Source: an uncultured Candidatus Rokubacteria bacterium (GTDB lineage Bacteria; Methylomirabilota; Methylomirabilia; Rokubacteriales; CSP1-6). From it: 64,000 bases of DNA. A program made the position numbers and the translations under genes. Shown here piece after piece: positions 50,899 through 61,030 of this stretch (the first letter of the stretch is position 1; each line of letters opens with the position of its first letter). Under the pieces are notes generated by a model, which had not been told where the DNA came from, did no database searches, and was given only the letters and a program-made list of their open reading frames with translations. The stretch is taken from positions 64,001 to 128,000 of the forward strand of contig CAWBMV010000006.1 of assembly GCA_963789955.1 (NCBI GenBank), written 5' to 3'.

Positions 50899-50915
50899 GT
50901 TCTGCAATGCGGAAC
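50899..50915. promoter_or_regulatory. Palindromic operator, probably bound by the IclR regulator
   Basis: GTTCTGCA-A-TGCGGAAC (7 of 8 symmetric), between the promoter and the IclR start. Confidence 0.6.
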
Positions 50916-50933
50916 AGTAGCGAGGTAGAAGAG

Positions 50934-51698
50934 ATGGCGCGCGTGCTTCGTTCGGTCAACAACGCCCTCGCTGTTCTCGAGTCGTTCAGCGTCGAGCGCC
51001 CGGAGATCGGGGTCACCGAGCTCTCTCACACGCTCGGGCTCGGAAAGAGCACCGTGCACCGGCTGCTCACGTCGCTGGCGTCGCGCGGCTACGTCCGGAA
51101 GAACCCGGACACCGAGCGGTACTGTCTCGGCTTCAAGGCCTTCGAGGTCGGCTCGCTGGTCGCCGGCCGCGGGACCATCCGCGAGATCACCGCGCCGTTC
51201 CTGAGGACCTTGATGCTGGCCACGAAGGAGACCGTGCACCTGGGCGTCCTCGACGAGTGGGAGGTCGTCTACATCGACAAGATCGAAAGCGACCATCCCC
51301 TGCAGATGTATTCGCGCATCGGACGCCGAGCTCCACTTCATTGTACGGCGCTAGGGAAGTCGCTCGCGGCCTGGGAAGCCGAGGACTGGCTCGATCGCTT
51401 CCTCAGACGACGGCTCCGTGCCTACACGCCGTCGACCCTGGTCGAGCCCGCCGACCTGCGCCGCGAGCTGCAGAAAATCCGGGCGGCTCGTTTCGCGACC
51501 GACGTGGAGGAGTTCGCGCTGGGGCTCAAGTGCGTCGCCGCGCCGCTGTTCGACCACTCTCGCAGGGTCGTGGCCTCGCTCGGTATCGCGGGTCCGGCCG
51601 TGCGCCTGACGAGCGATCGGGTGCCGCGACTCGCCTCGCTCGTCCGCGAGTCGGCGGCGGCGGCCTCGCGCGCTCTCGGCGGCGAGCTGCCGGGCTGA
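50934..51698 (+). CDS. IclR family transcriptional regulator
   Basis: GVTELS..LGKSTVHRLL, ETVHLG, PLHCTALGKSL, CVAAPL. Confidence 0.95.
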   Translation: MARVLRSVNNALAVLESFSVERPEIGVTELSHTLGLGKSTVHRLLTSLASRGYVRKNPDTERYCLGFKAFEVGSLVAGRGTIREITAPFLRTLMLATKETVHLGVLDEWEVVYIDKIESDHPLQMYSRIGRRAPLHCTALGKSLAAWEAEDWLDRFLRRRLRAYTPSTLVEPADLRRELQKIRAARFATDVEEFALGLKCVAAPLFDHSRRVVASLGIAGPAVRLTSDRVPRLASLVRESAAAASRALGGELPG

Positions 51699-51717
51699 CG
51701 GGAGGCGACGCCGGGAG

Positions 51718-52605
51718 CTATTCCGTCCCGAGCCCGGCCATCCGCTCGAGCGTCGTGATGAGGACGGCCAGGTCTTCGCCGCCGCGTCCGGCGGCCACGG
51801 TGGCCGTGCAGAGCTGCTGCGCGAGGCTCGTGAGCGGGAGCGCCACACCCAGGCGCTGACCTTCCTCGAGCATGAGCCGGAAGTCCTTCAGGAACAGCTC
51901 CACTTTCATCTGAGGCTCGAAGCGGTGGTCGACCATCAGCGGGCCGCGCACGTCGACCATTTTCGACGCGCCGGCGCTGTCCTTCAGGATGTCCAGGAGC
52001 GCCTGAGGCGCGAGCCCGCCCTTCACGCCGAGCACCAGCGCCTCGGCCAGTGCGGCCGTGTTGAGGGCGACCAGGAGGTTCGTCGCGAGCTTGGCGAGCG
52101 ACGCGCTGCCGACCGGCCCCACGTGGGTGGTTCGCTTGCCGATCGCCGCAAGAACCGGCCGGCAGAGCTCGACGAGCGCCGCGTCACCCCCGGCGAAGAT
52201 CGTGCAATCGCCGCGCTCCACCATGGCGCTCGTTCCGCTCATCGGGGTATCGAGGAATCCGAGCCCAGCCGAGGCGGCCGCCTCGGCGAGCCGGCGCGTC
52301 AGGGTCGGGGAGATGGTGCTCATCTGGATCACCGTGCCCGGCCGCGCCAGGCTCGCGAGGATGCCCCCCGGACCGACGACCGCCGCCTCGACCGTCTCCA
52401 GGGAGGGCAGGATCGTGAAGACGGCGTCCGCGCCCGTCACCGCCTCCTTCACGCTGGACGCGGCCTCGAGCCCGCGCGGCCGGAGCGCCTTCAGCTGGTC
52501 GGGCCGGCTGTCGTAGCCGGTCACCGCGAAGCCGCCGGTCAACAGGCGCGACGCCACCGCCGACCCCAGGAGCCCGACACCGATGATCGCGATGCGCTGA
52601 ATCAC
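51718..52605 (-). CDS. NAD(P)-dependent oxidoreductase, 3-hydroxyisobutyrate dehydrogenase family
   Basis: IGVGLLG, MSTISP, DTPMSG, KLATN, KDF. Confidence 0.92.
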   Translation of the reverse strand: MIQRIAIIGVGLLGSAVASRLLTGGFAVTGYDSRPDQLKALRPRGLEAASSVKEAVTGADAVFTILPSLETVEAAVVGPGGILASLARPGTVIQMSTISPTLTRRLAEAAASAGLGFLDTPMSGTSAMVERGDCTIFAGGDAALVELCRPVLAAIGKRTTHVGPVGSASLAKLATNLLVALNTAALAEALVLGVKGGLAPQALLDILKDSAGASKMVDVRGPLMVDHRFEPQMKVELFLKDFRLMLEEGQRLGVALPLTSLAQQLCTATVAAGRGGEDLAVLITTLERMAGLGTE

Positions 52606-52612
52606 GTCGTCC

Positions 52613-53305
52613 TCACAGTCCGAGATACCGCGACTTGATCTCTTCGTTTTGCCACAGCGCGTCCGGCGAGCTCGAATACACGACGCGCCCGCGGGACAGC
52701 ACGTGAACGTGGTCGGCGACTCGGAGCGCCATCGGGAGATTCTGCTCGACCAGCAAGATCGATAGCCCCTCGGCCTTCAGACTTTCGATGACCCGTCCGA
52801 CTTCGCGCACCAGGAGCGGCGCCAGCCCCTCGGTCGGCTCGTCCATCAGCAAGAGCTCCGGGTTCGTCATCAGCGCGCGGGCGATGGCCAGCATCTGCTG
52901 CTCGCCCCCCGACAGCTTGCCCGCGCGATGGGCGCCCCGCTCGCGCAGGCGCGGGAAGAGCTCCAGCACGCGCGGGATCGTCCACGGTCCGTCGCCGCCC
53001 CTGACGGCGACCTCGAGGTTCTCCATGACCGTGAGCGACGGAAAGACGCGACGCCCCTGCGGCACCAGGCCCAGGCCGAGGCTCACCGCACGATTCGAGG
53101 GCCACGCGGTGATATTTCGGTCCTTGAACACGACGCTTCCGCGCCGAGGCACCGTGAAGCCGATGATCGAGCGGATCAGGGTGGTCTTTCCCATGCCGTT
53201 GCGCCCGAGGATTCCCACCACCTGGCCGCGGGACATGCTCAGGGAGACGCCCTGCAGCACGTGGCTGTCGCCGTAGTAGGTGTGGATGTCGCGGACCTCG
53301 AGCAT
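52613..53305 (-). CDS. Branched-chain amino acid-type ABC ATPase (LivF-like)
   Basis: GRNGMGKT, PQGRRVF, LSGGEQQM, DEPTEGL. Confidence 0.93.
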   Translation of the reverse strand: MLEVRDIHTYYGDSHVLQGVSLSMSRGQVVGILGRNGMGKTTLIRSIIGFTVPRRGSVVFKDRNITAWPSNRAVSLGLGLVPQGRRVFPSLTVMENLEVAVRGGDGPWTIPRVLELFPRLRERGAHRAGKLSGGEQQMLAIARALMTNPELLLMDEPTEGLAPLLVREVGRVIESLKAEGLSILLVEQNLPMALRVADHVHVLSRGRVVYSSSPDALWQNEEIKSRYLGL

Positions 53306-54061
53306 CAGGCACGCTCCCAGATAGATTTCCTGCACGAGCGCGTTCGCCTTGACCTCGTGGGCCAGACCGTCGGCGACGACCTTGCCGTAGTGCAGCACGG
53401 TGATGCGATCGGTGAGCGCGAACGCGACGTCCATGTCGTGCTCGATCACCAGCACGGTGATGGCCGGGTCGAGCGTCTTCAAAAGCGCCGTCATCGCGTG
53501 AGACTCCGCCGGCGAGAGCCCGGCGGTCGGCTCGTCGAGCAAGAGGAGCCTGGGGGAGCCGGCCAGGGCCAGCGCGATCTCGAGCTGGCGCTGCTCGCCG
53601 TGCGAGAGGTTGCGCACGACCTCGCCTTCCTGGTCGGCGAGGCCGACCGCGTGGAGCACCTCGCGCGCGCGGGCGAAGAAGGCCGGATAGCTGCCGAGAC
53701 CGCGATGCAGATGGAACTTGGCTCGGGTCAGCGCCTGCACGGCGAGCAGACAGTTCTCGAGCGCGGTGAGGCGGGGGAAGAGGTTCGTGATCTGGTACGT
53801 GCGAGCCAGGCCGAGCGCGGCGCGCCGGTGCGGCGCATGACGCGTGACGTCGTGCCCGAAGAGCGCGATGCGGCCGTCCGTCGGCCGCGTCTCGCCGCTG
53901 ATCAGGCTGAACAGCGTCGTCTTGCCCGCTCCGTTGGGCCCGATGATCGCCCGGCGCTCGCCCGGTCCGACCGTCAGGCTGACGCCGTCGACCGCGCGAA
54001 GCCCCCCGAACTCTTTCGAGAGGCCGCTGAGGCTCAGCGCGGCGACGGCTCCGTCGATCAC
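53305..54061 (-). CDS. Branched-chain amino acid-type ABC ATPase (LivG-like); reads in frame into LivF
   Basis: GPNGAGKT, RTYQ, LSHGEQ, DEPTAG, EHDM, QEIYLG. Confidence 0.92.
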
Positions 54062-54062
54062 G

Positions 54063-55304
54063 TCAGCAATACTTGCAGGGCGGGAAGTTGCGGTCGTACA
54101 CGGGCTGCTTCAGGAATTCCTCGGGCTTGTACTTCCAGAACTGCGAGACGGCCGGGTACGTGTAGACGACGGTGTTCCAGAGCTCACCGTCCTTCTTCTC
54201 GACCTTGCGGATGTAGATGTTCTGGATCGGGTTGCCGTAGGCGTCGAGCTTCAGCGGCCCGCGCGGCGCGTCGGGGATCTCGACCTTCTTCAGCGCCTCC
54301 AGGAACTTCTCCCGGTTCTCCACGTCGCCGTTGATGGCCCTGGCCGCCTCGTTGATCCACCGCGTGCTCGTGTAGCTGGTCTCCGAGTAGTACGACGGCA
54401 TCTTGGTGTACTTCTTCCGATAGTCCGTGACGAACTTCTTGTTGGCCGGCGTATCGAGCGCGGCGCTGTAGATGAGGGCACTCATGCCGCCGATGGCCTC
54501 GTCGCCGAGCGAGGGCAGCACGAACTCGTCGAACGTCGTCCCGCCACCGATCAGGGGGAGCTTCGCCTTGAGCCCGGCGTCCTGATATTGCTTGGGGAAG
54601 CGCGAGGCCGAGATCGACACCATCAGCGCGAAGACGGCGTCGGCGTCGCGCCGGATCTGGGACAGGTACGGCGCGAAGTCGGCGGTGTTGAGCGGGGCCC
54701 AGAGCTTCTGGACGATCTGGCCGCCGTTTTCCTCGAAGGTCTTCTGGAAGCCGCCGACCTGCTCCCAGCCGAAGGCATAGTCGATGGCCACGGTCACGAT
54801 GCGCTTGTAGCCCAGGGTCTTCGCCGCGTACTCGCCGAAGGGATGGTTCGGCTGGCTCGAGGTCCAGCCCGTGCGCACCACCCACTTCGCCGGCTTGCGC
54901 TGGGTGAGATCGTCGGCGGCGATGACGGGATAGAGCATGGGGATGCGGTACTCGTCGACCTTGGGCGCCATCGCGTAGCCGATGTGGGCAAAGACCTCGC
55001 CGACGAGGACTTGAACCTTGTCGCTCTCGACGAGCTTCTGCAGCTTGGTCAGCGCGACGTTCGGCTGGCCCTGGCTGTCCTCGACGATCACCTCCACCTT
55101 GCGCCCGGCGATCATGTGGCCGTTCTCGTCGAGCCACATCGAGATGCCGCTGCTCATGTCCTTGCCGATCTGCGCGGCCCCTCCCGTCATGGGAGCGATC
55201 ACGCCGATCTTGATCGGCCCCTTCTGAGCCCATGCCGGTCCGGGGTTCGCCATCGCGAGCACGGCCACCACCATCAGGAGTGAGACGACTAGCTTCTTGC
55301 CCAA
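54063..55304 (-). CDS. Liv-type ABC transporter substrate-binding protein
   Basis: AGGAG SD with TTG 55304. Signal peptide, IKIGVIAPMTG, DYAFG, DFAPYL. Confidence 0.92.
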   Translation of the reverse strand: MGKKLVVSLLMVVAVLAMANPGPAWAQKGPIKIGVIAPMTGGAAQIGKDMSSGISMWLDENGHMIAGRKVEVIVEDSQGQPNVALTKLQKLVESDKVQVLVGEVFAHIGYAMAPKVDEYRIPMLYPVIAADDLTQRKPAKWVVRTGWTSSQPNHPFGEYAAKTLGYKRIVTVAIDYAFGWEQVGGFQKTFEENGGQIVQKLWAPLNTADFAPYLSQIRRDADAVFALMVSISASRFPKQYQDAGLKAKLPLIGGGTTFDEFVLPSLGDEAIGGMSALIYSAALDTPANKKFVTDYRKKYTKMPSYYSETSYTSTRWINEAARAINGDVENREKFLEALKKVEIPDAPRGPLKLDAYGNPIQNIYIRKVEKKDGELWNTVVYTYPAVSQFWKYKPEEFLKQPVYDRNFPPCKYC

Positions 55305-56257
55305 GGCCCGTTCTCCTTTCGTCCACTGTCTGAGCGCTCCCACCACCCCTTCGGGCGCATACACGATCGTGCCGATGTAGACGCCGCCCAGGATCAGGAG
55401 CCACCGATGTGTGTAGACCGAGACAAGGTTCTTCAAGCCCACGATGAGCATGGCGCCGAGCGCCGGCCCGATCAGGGTGCCGCGACCGCCCAGCGCGACC
55501 ATCAAGAGAATCTCGACCGAGGTGGCGAGCTCGAGGTCCGACGGGCTCACGAAGCCGTTGTTGTACGCCCACAGCACGCCGGCGAAACCGCCGACGCCGC
55601 CCGCGATCACGAACCCGATGTACTTGTGCAGCCACACGTGGTAGCCGAGCGTGCGCATGCGCGACTCGCTCTCGCGGATGCCCGACCAGGGTCTGGCCGA
55701 ACGGTGAGCGCACGATGGTCCGCAGCAGGACCAGGACGAGCAGGAAGCCCACGAGGGCGAGGTAGTAGAACGGCATGCCGTGCGTGAAGGACCACGGCAG
55801 GCCCAGGTCCGGGCGCGGGACGCCGGCGATACCGTTGTCGCCCGAAGTCATCGTCACCCATCGGTGCGCCAGCCCCCACACCACCATGCCGAGCGCCAGG
55901 GTGATCATCAGGAAGTAGACGCCGGTGGCGCGCAGCGCGAGCAGACCGAAGATCGCGGCCACCGCCGTCGCCAGGAGCACCCCGACGACCAGGGTGACCC
56001 AGAACGAGGCCCCGTGCCGCGTCGCCAGGATGCCGACGCTGTAGGCGCCGAGCCCGAGATAGGCCGCGTGACCGAGGGACGCCAGCCCGATATAGCCCAG
56101 GATGATGTCCAGGCTCATCGCCAGCACGGAGTAGATCACCGCCTGGGTGAGCAGTGCCAGCAGGAACGACGAGAGCGAAGGGCGGCGCGGCCAGCAGCGC
56201 CAGCAGGGCCACGCCCAGCGCGATCCGCGACGCTCCGGGCGGGAGCGCGATGCGCAT
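55289..56257 (-). CDS. Liv-type ABC permease (LivM-like; frameshifts near 56190 and 55683)
   Basis: SLGHAAYLGLGAY, YFLMITLA, SPFG..GIRESE, GGRGTLIGP. Confidence 0.9.
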
Positions 56258-57113
56258 CAGGCGCGACCGAAGAGGCCGGTCGGCCGCACGGCCAGGATCG
56301 CCGCCATCGGCGCGAAGAGCGTGAAGTACGACAGCTCGGGGAAGAGCGCCTTACCGAAATTGTCGAGGAGTCCGACCATCAGGCTGCCGATCAGGGCGCC
56401 CTTCAGGCTCCCCATGCCGCCCACGATCACGACCACGAACGCGTAGGGGAGGATCTCGAAATCGGCGCCCGGGTAGACGCCGACGAAGCCTCCCGCGACC
56501 ACGCCCGCCAGCGCGGCCAGGGTCGCGCCCGAGCGCGAAGACCACCATCGAGATCAGATAGACGTTGATGCCGACGCCGCGGGCCATCTCGGGGTCGTCC
56601 ACGGTGGCCCGGATCATCGCGCCGATCCGCGTCCACTCGAGGGTGAGCCAGAGGACCAGCGCGATGGCGACCGCGACCGCCGACGATGAAGACGCGGTAC
56701 ACAGGGAAGTACATCTCGCCGACGACGAACGAGCCAGAGAGCATGGCCGGCACCGGGATCGTGTGAGGATCGCCGCCCCAGAGGACCAGCGCCAGGTCCT
56801 GGAAGATGAGCGCGAACCCCATCGTGGTCAGCACCTGGCCGAGCTCCTGGCCGCTCAGGCGCTTGAGGAACGCGTTCCACTCCGCGATGCCGACGAGCGA
56901 GATCGTCAGCGCCCCCAGCACGATCGCGAGCGCGAAGCTGCCGGTGCGCCAGATCACCGTCAGGCCGACGTAGCCGCCGAGCAGGTAGTACGAGCCGTGA
57001 GTCATGTTGACGATGCGCATCATGCCGAAGATGAGCGAGAGACCGCCGGCCAGCAGGAAGAGCAGGGCGCCGTAGGAGATGCCGTTGAAGAGCTGGCTGA
57101 TCCAGAACTCCAA
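56257..57113 (-). CDS. Liv-type ABC permease (LivH-like; frameshifts near 56680 and 56530)
   Basis: GLSLIFGMMRIVNMTHG, IRATVDDPEMA, VVIVGGMGS, RPTGLFG. Confidence 0.9.
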
Positions 57114-57211
57114 AGGTCAGGCGATCCCGAGGGCGCGCGTCACGGCTCGTGATTGTACTATAGGCGCACTCGGCGTTCGCACCGCGCGCGCCTCTAACTC
57201 AGGAGGTTCCT

Positions 57212-58081
57212 GTGAGACTACCCCACGAGCGCTTCGACTATTCGCCGATCGCGGGCCGGCGCCCCTGGAAGCTGCCGCGCGGAGCGCGCATCGCCGTGTG
57301 GACCATCGTCAACATCGAAGAGTGGGACATCGAGAAGCCGATGCCGCGCGGCGTGCTCTCGGCTCCGCAGGGCGTGACGACCGTGCCCGACGTGCCGAAC
57401 TGGGCGTGGCACGACTACGGGATGCGCGTCGGCTTCTGGCGGATGCTGGAGGCGCTCGCGAAGCGGAAGATCCGCGCGACGACGGCGATCAACGCCAACG
57501 TGTGCCGATCGTACGAGCCCGTGGCGCGCGCGATGAAAGACGCCGGCTGGGAGTTCATGGGGCACGGGGTGAAGCAGGGCGCGATGCACCTGATCCCGGA
57601 TCAGCGCGACGCGATCCGGACGGCCATCCGGCTGATCTCGGACTTCACCGGCAAGAAGCCCAAGGGATGGCTCGGGCCGGGGCTGACCGAGACGTGGGAG
57701 ACGCTCGACATCCTCGCCGAGGAGGGCATCGAGTACGTCTCGGACTGGGTCAACGACGACCAGCCCTACGAGATCAAGACGACGGCGCGGCCGCTCGTGT
57801 CGGTGCCGTACACGCTCGAGCTCAACGACATTCCGATGATGCTCATCCAGCATCACGAATCGGGCGCCTGGCTCGAGCGGGTCCGCGACCAGTTCGATCG
57901 CCTCTACCTCGAGGGCGCCAAGCAGCCGCGGGTGATGGCGATCGCCGTGCACCCCTACATCCACGGCGTGCCGCACCGGATCAAGTACTTCGAGGCGATC
58001 TACGACTACATCCGGCGCAAGAAGGGCGTCTGGATGACGACCGGCGAGGAGATCTACGAGTGGTTCAAGCGCGGACGATGA
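57212..58081 (+). CDS. Polysaccharide deacetylase family protein (PuuE/allantoinase-like)
   Basis: NIEEW, DYGMRVG, EFMGHG, GWLGP, DDQPY, ELND, AVHPY. Confidence 0.9.
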   Translation: MRLPHERFDYSPIAGRRPWKLPRGARIAVWTIVNIEEWDIEKPMPRGVLSAPQGVTTVPDVPNWAWHDYGMRVGFWRMLEALAKRKIRATTAINANVCRSYEPVARAMKDAGWEFMGHGVKQGAMHLIPDQRDAIRTAIRLISDFTGKKPKGWLGPGLTETWETLDILAEEGIEYVSDWVNDDQPYEIKTTARPLVSVPYTLELNDIPMMLIQHHESGAWLERVRDQFDRLYLEGAKQPRVMAIAVHPYIHGVPHRIKYFEAIYDYIRRKKGVWMTTGEEIYEWFKRGR

Positions 58082-60005
58082 AGTCCCAGAGCCGCCCCGC
58101 GCGCTCGACCACGGCGTCGACGTCCTCGGCCAGCATGTGCCGCTCCGCCACCAGCCGCAGGGCGGCTTCGCGTGCTCGCGCGAGGTACGCCGCCCGCGAG
58201 GCGTAGCGCTCCTCGATCGAAGGCCGCGGGTCGCCGCTCACCTCGCGCGCGGCCCGCGTGACCGCGAACGGAAGCGTCGAGCCCATCATGCTCATGAGAT
58301 CGCCCGGCACGCCCTGCTCGGGATGCCGAGGATTCCAGCCGGTGAAGGTCGCGAGCGGCGCCCCGAGCTCGACGGCGCGGATACCCGGAATGTCGTTGCC
58401 GTCGTCGTCGACCGACGGAACGAACGTCACGAAGGGCGCGCCGATCTTCGGCGGCAGCTCGTGAAGAATGCCCCGGGCCACTTCCGGGCCGAAGTCGAGC
58501 CGTCGCGGCCGCTCGACGCGATCGGGGAACCGAGCTCCCGGGATTCGCTCGAACTGCTTCCGCGTCGCCTCGGCCTGAACCCCCGTGCCGTCGGCGAGGC
58601 GCGGCACCTTGCTCGGCGGTGGCTCGACTCCGTCGGAGACCCAGCGATCGAGGTTCGTGAGCGCGGCCCGCATGAGCGGCGAGTAGTCGACGACGTTGAA
58701 CGTGTGCCGGCCGCGCGAACCCGTGTTGGGGTCGGCGTCGGGCGGCGGCACGGTACCGGGCGTGTGCTGACAGCCGGCGAACAGATAGACGCGCGTCTCG
58801 CCGTGGGGCGCCACGTCACGGGTGCCCTCGACGTCGGCGTGCACGAGCGAGGCGTCGCCGCGCCAGTACTCGGCCGCGGTGTTGACCGCGACGATCTTCG
58901 GCAGGGTTCCACGCGCTTCGAGCCGCGCGAGCTGCGCGCCGCGCTGGCCGGTGACCGGATCGACGGCGGCCGTGTCGGTGAACGGGAACTGGCTTCCGAC
59001 CGACGCGGTGGCGTTCAGCGACGGCTGACCGAACCGCTGATTGAACTCACCACGGCGACCGCCCGCGATGTGCACGAAGACACCGTCGAACACCTTCCGG
59101 CCCGCCTCGTCCTCGTTCAGACCGAGGTAGAGCAGGTGGCGGAGGAAGCGTCCGGTCTGCGAGACGCCGATGACGTACGCGCGCTCGAGCTCGCCCGCGC
59201 ACGGATTGCCGGCGCTGGCGGGGCCCGATCGCAGCCACGCGGCGGCGTCGCGCACCGCGAGGAGCCCCAGGCCCACGAGGGGCGGGTTCTCGGCGCGATA
59301 GACGAGCTCGTAGAGCTTGCCCGGCTCGAACCCGCCGTCGAGCGCAATATGCGTCGGGTCGGCGAACCGCCACGCTCCTCGCGCGATCGCGACCGCGGGC
59401 GCGCCGGCGTAGTCCCGGACCGTGAGCCGCGCCGCCGGATCGGTGAGGTCGGCGGTCGGCTGGGCGAGGTGATAGCGATCGGCCATGGGCAAGCTGGCGA
59501 CGCGTGAGTTCGGCCGCCATTCGCAGAGCACCGGGCCGCTGATCGGCCCGTGTTCACCGCGCGCCACCGGCACCGTGAGCGCCTGCAGGCCGTCCTGTCG
59601 CGGCACGTCGTGCTGCCAGCCGCACCACGCGACCGTGTAGCCGTGCCGCATCAAGAAGCCGTTGCCGAAATCGTCCGCGGTGGTCGGGTCGGGGACGCGG
59701 ACCGCGCTGTTGAACATCCCGAGCGCGACCTTGCGCCCGCGATTGGGGACGTCGAGGAGCAGGCGGCGGTTGCCGCGCGCCGGATCGACGGGCCGCAAGA
59801 GATAGACGTCGGCCGACGACTCGACGAGCCCGGCGTCGTTGCGCGGCGCCAGCGCCAGGTCCGTGATGACCTGGTTCGCCGGGTGCGTCGGATCGACGCC
59901 GAAGCGGAGAACGCCGGCGATTTTCTCGTAGGCACCCGCCGGGCCGAACGCGTGACCGTCCAGGACGAGCGATTGATGCGTGATCTCGAGCGACGTCACG
60001 GCCAT
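58065..60005 (-). CDS. Alpha/beta hydrolase domain protein (646 aa)
   Basis: VPNRG, GWQHD, GVSQTGRFLR (GxSxxG), AEYWRG, HTPG, SIEERY. Confidence 0.88.
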   Translation of the reverse strand: MAVTSLEITHQSLVLDGHAFGPAGAYEKIAGVLRFGVDPTHPANQVITDLALAPRNDAGLVESSADVYLLRPVDPARGNRRLLLDVPNRGRKVALGMFNSAVRVPDPTTADDFGNGFLMRHGYTVAWCGWQHDVPRQDGLQALTVPVARGEHGPISGPVLCEWRPNSRVASLPMADRYHLAQPTADLTDPAARLTVRDYAGAPAVAIARGAWRFADPTHIALDGGFEPGKLYELVYRAENPPLVGLGLLAVRDAAAWLRSGPASAGNPCAGELERAYVIGVSQTGRFLRHLLYLGLNEDEAGRKVFDGVFVHIAGGRRGEFNQRFGQPSLNATASVGSQFPFTDTAAVDPVTGQRGAQLARLEARGTLPKIVAVNTAAEYWRGDASLVHADVEGTRDVAPHGETRVYLFAGCQHTPGTVPPPDADPNTGSRGRHTFNVVDYSPLMRAALTNLDRWVSDGVEPPPSKVPRLADGTGVQAEATRKQFERIPGARFPDRVERPRRLDFGPEVARGILHELPPKIGAPFVTFVPSVDDDGNDIPGIRAVELGAPLATFTGWNPRHPEQGVPGDLMSMMGSTLPFAVTRAAREVSGDPRPSIEERYASRAAYLARAREAALRLVAERHMLAEDVDAVVERAGRLWDFIVRA

Positions 60006-60030
60006 CGGATCGATTCCTCCGTCGGGCGCT

Positions 60031-61030
60031 TCAGCGCCGCGCTTTGACCGGGGCGACGACGGTGTCGGTGGGCTTCCCGGCGAGATAGTTCTCGACGTTC
60101 TCGATCGCGCGGAGGAGCCCGTCTCGGATGACCTCGGGCGTCTGCCCGCCGTTGTGCGGCGAGAGCACCACGCTCGGGAGGGCCAGAAACGGGTCGCCCG
60201 GCTTCAACGGCTCGTCGTGGAAGACGTCGAGCCCGGCTCCAGCGATCTTGTTCTGTGTGAGCGCGTCCAGCAGCGCTTCTCGCTCGACCAGCGCACCGCG
60301 GCCGGTGTTGATCAGAATCGCCGTCGGCTTCATCATCGCGAACTCGCGCCGGCCGAGAAACCCGCGCGTGTCCGGGCCGAGCCGCAGGTGGAGCGAGATG
60401 ACGTCCGCCCGGCGGCAGATGTCTTCCTTCGACGCCGCGCGGGCGCCGAGCGCCGCCACCGCCGCCGCGTCGCCGCGCGCGCTGTAGGCCAGGACGTCCA
60501 TCCCCAGCGCGTTGCCCGAGCGCGATCACGCGGGCGCCGATCTTGCCGGTCCCGCAGACGCCCAGCGTCTTGCCGAGGAGCTGGGTCAGAAGGTCGCGCG
60601 GCCAGGCGCCGCCGCGCACCTCGCGGTCGATGCGCGGGATCCGCCTGGCGCTGGCGAGCATCAACGCCAGGGCGTGCTCGGCGACCGCGAAGGCATTGAT
60701 ACCGGGCGTGTTGCAGACCGTGATGCCGTGACGGCCGGCCGCGTCGAGGTCGATGTTGTCCGTCCCGGTGCCCCAGATCGAGATCATCTCGAGCTTGCGG
60801 CACGCCGCCATGACGGAGTCGGTGAAGCGCGCGTGAGCCCGGATATTGATCGCGATGCGCGCGTGGTCGATGCGCTTGATGAGCTCGGCCTCTTCGTCGG
60901 CGCCGCGCGCGGTGAAGACCCGGGTCTCGCCGAGCTTGCGGCAGCGCTCGTGCGCCGGCGTCCCGTCGAAGACCGACGGGAAGTCGTCGGGGACGCAGAT
61001 CGTGACGGCCGACTTGGCGTCGGGGCTCAT
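60031..61030 (-). CDS. D-2-hydroxyacid / phosphoglycerate dehydrogenase family (frameshift near 60512)
   Basis: GTGTDNID, AVAEH, GTGKIG, ADVISLH, INTGRG, LDVF..EP, SPHNG. Confidence 0.92.
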
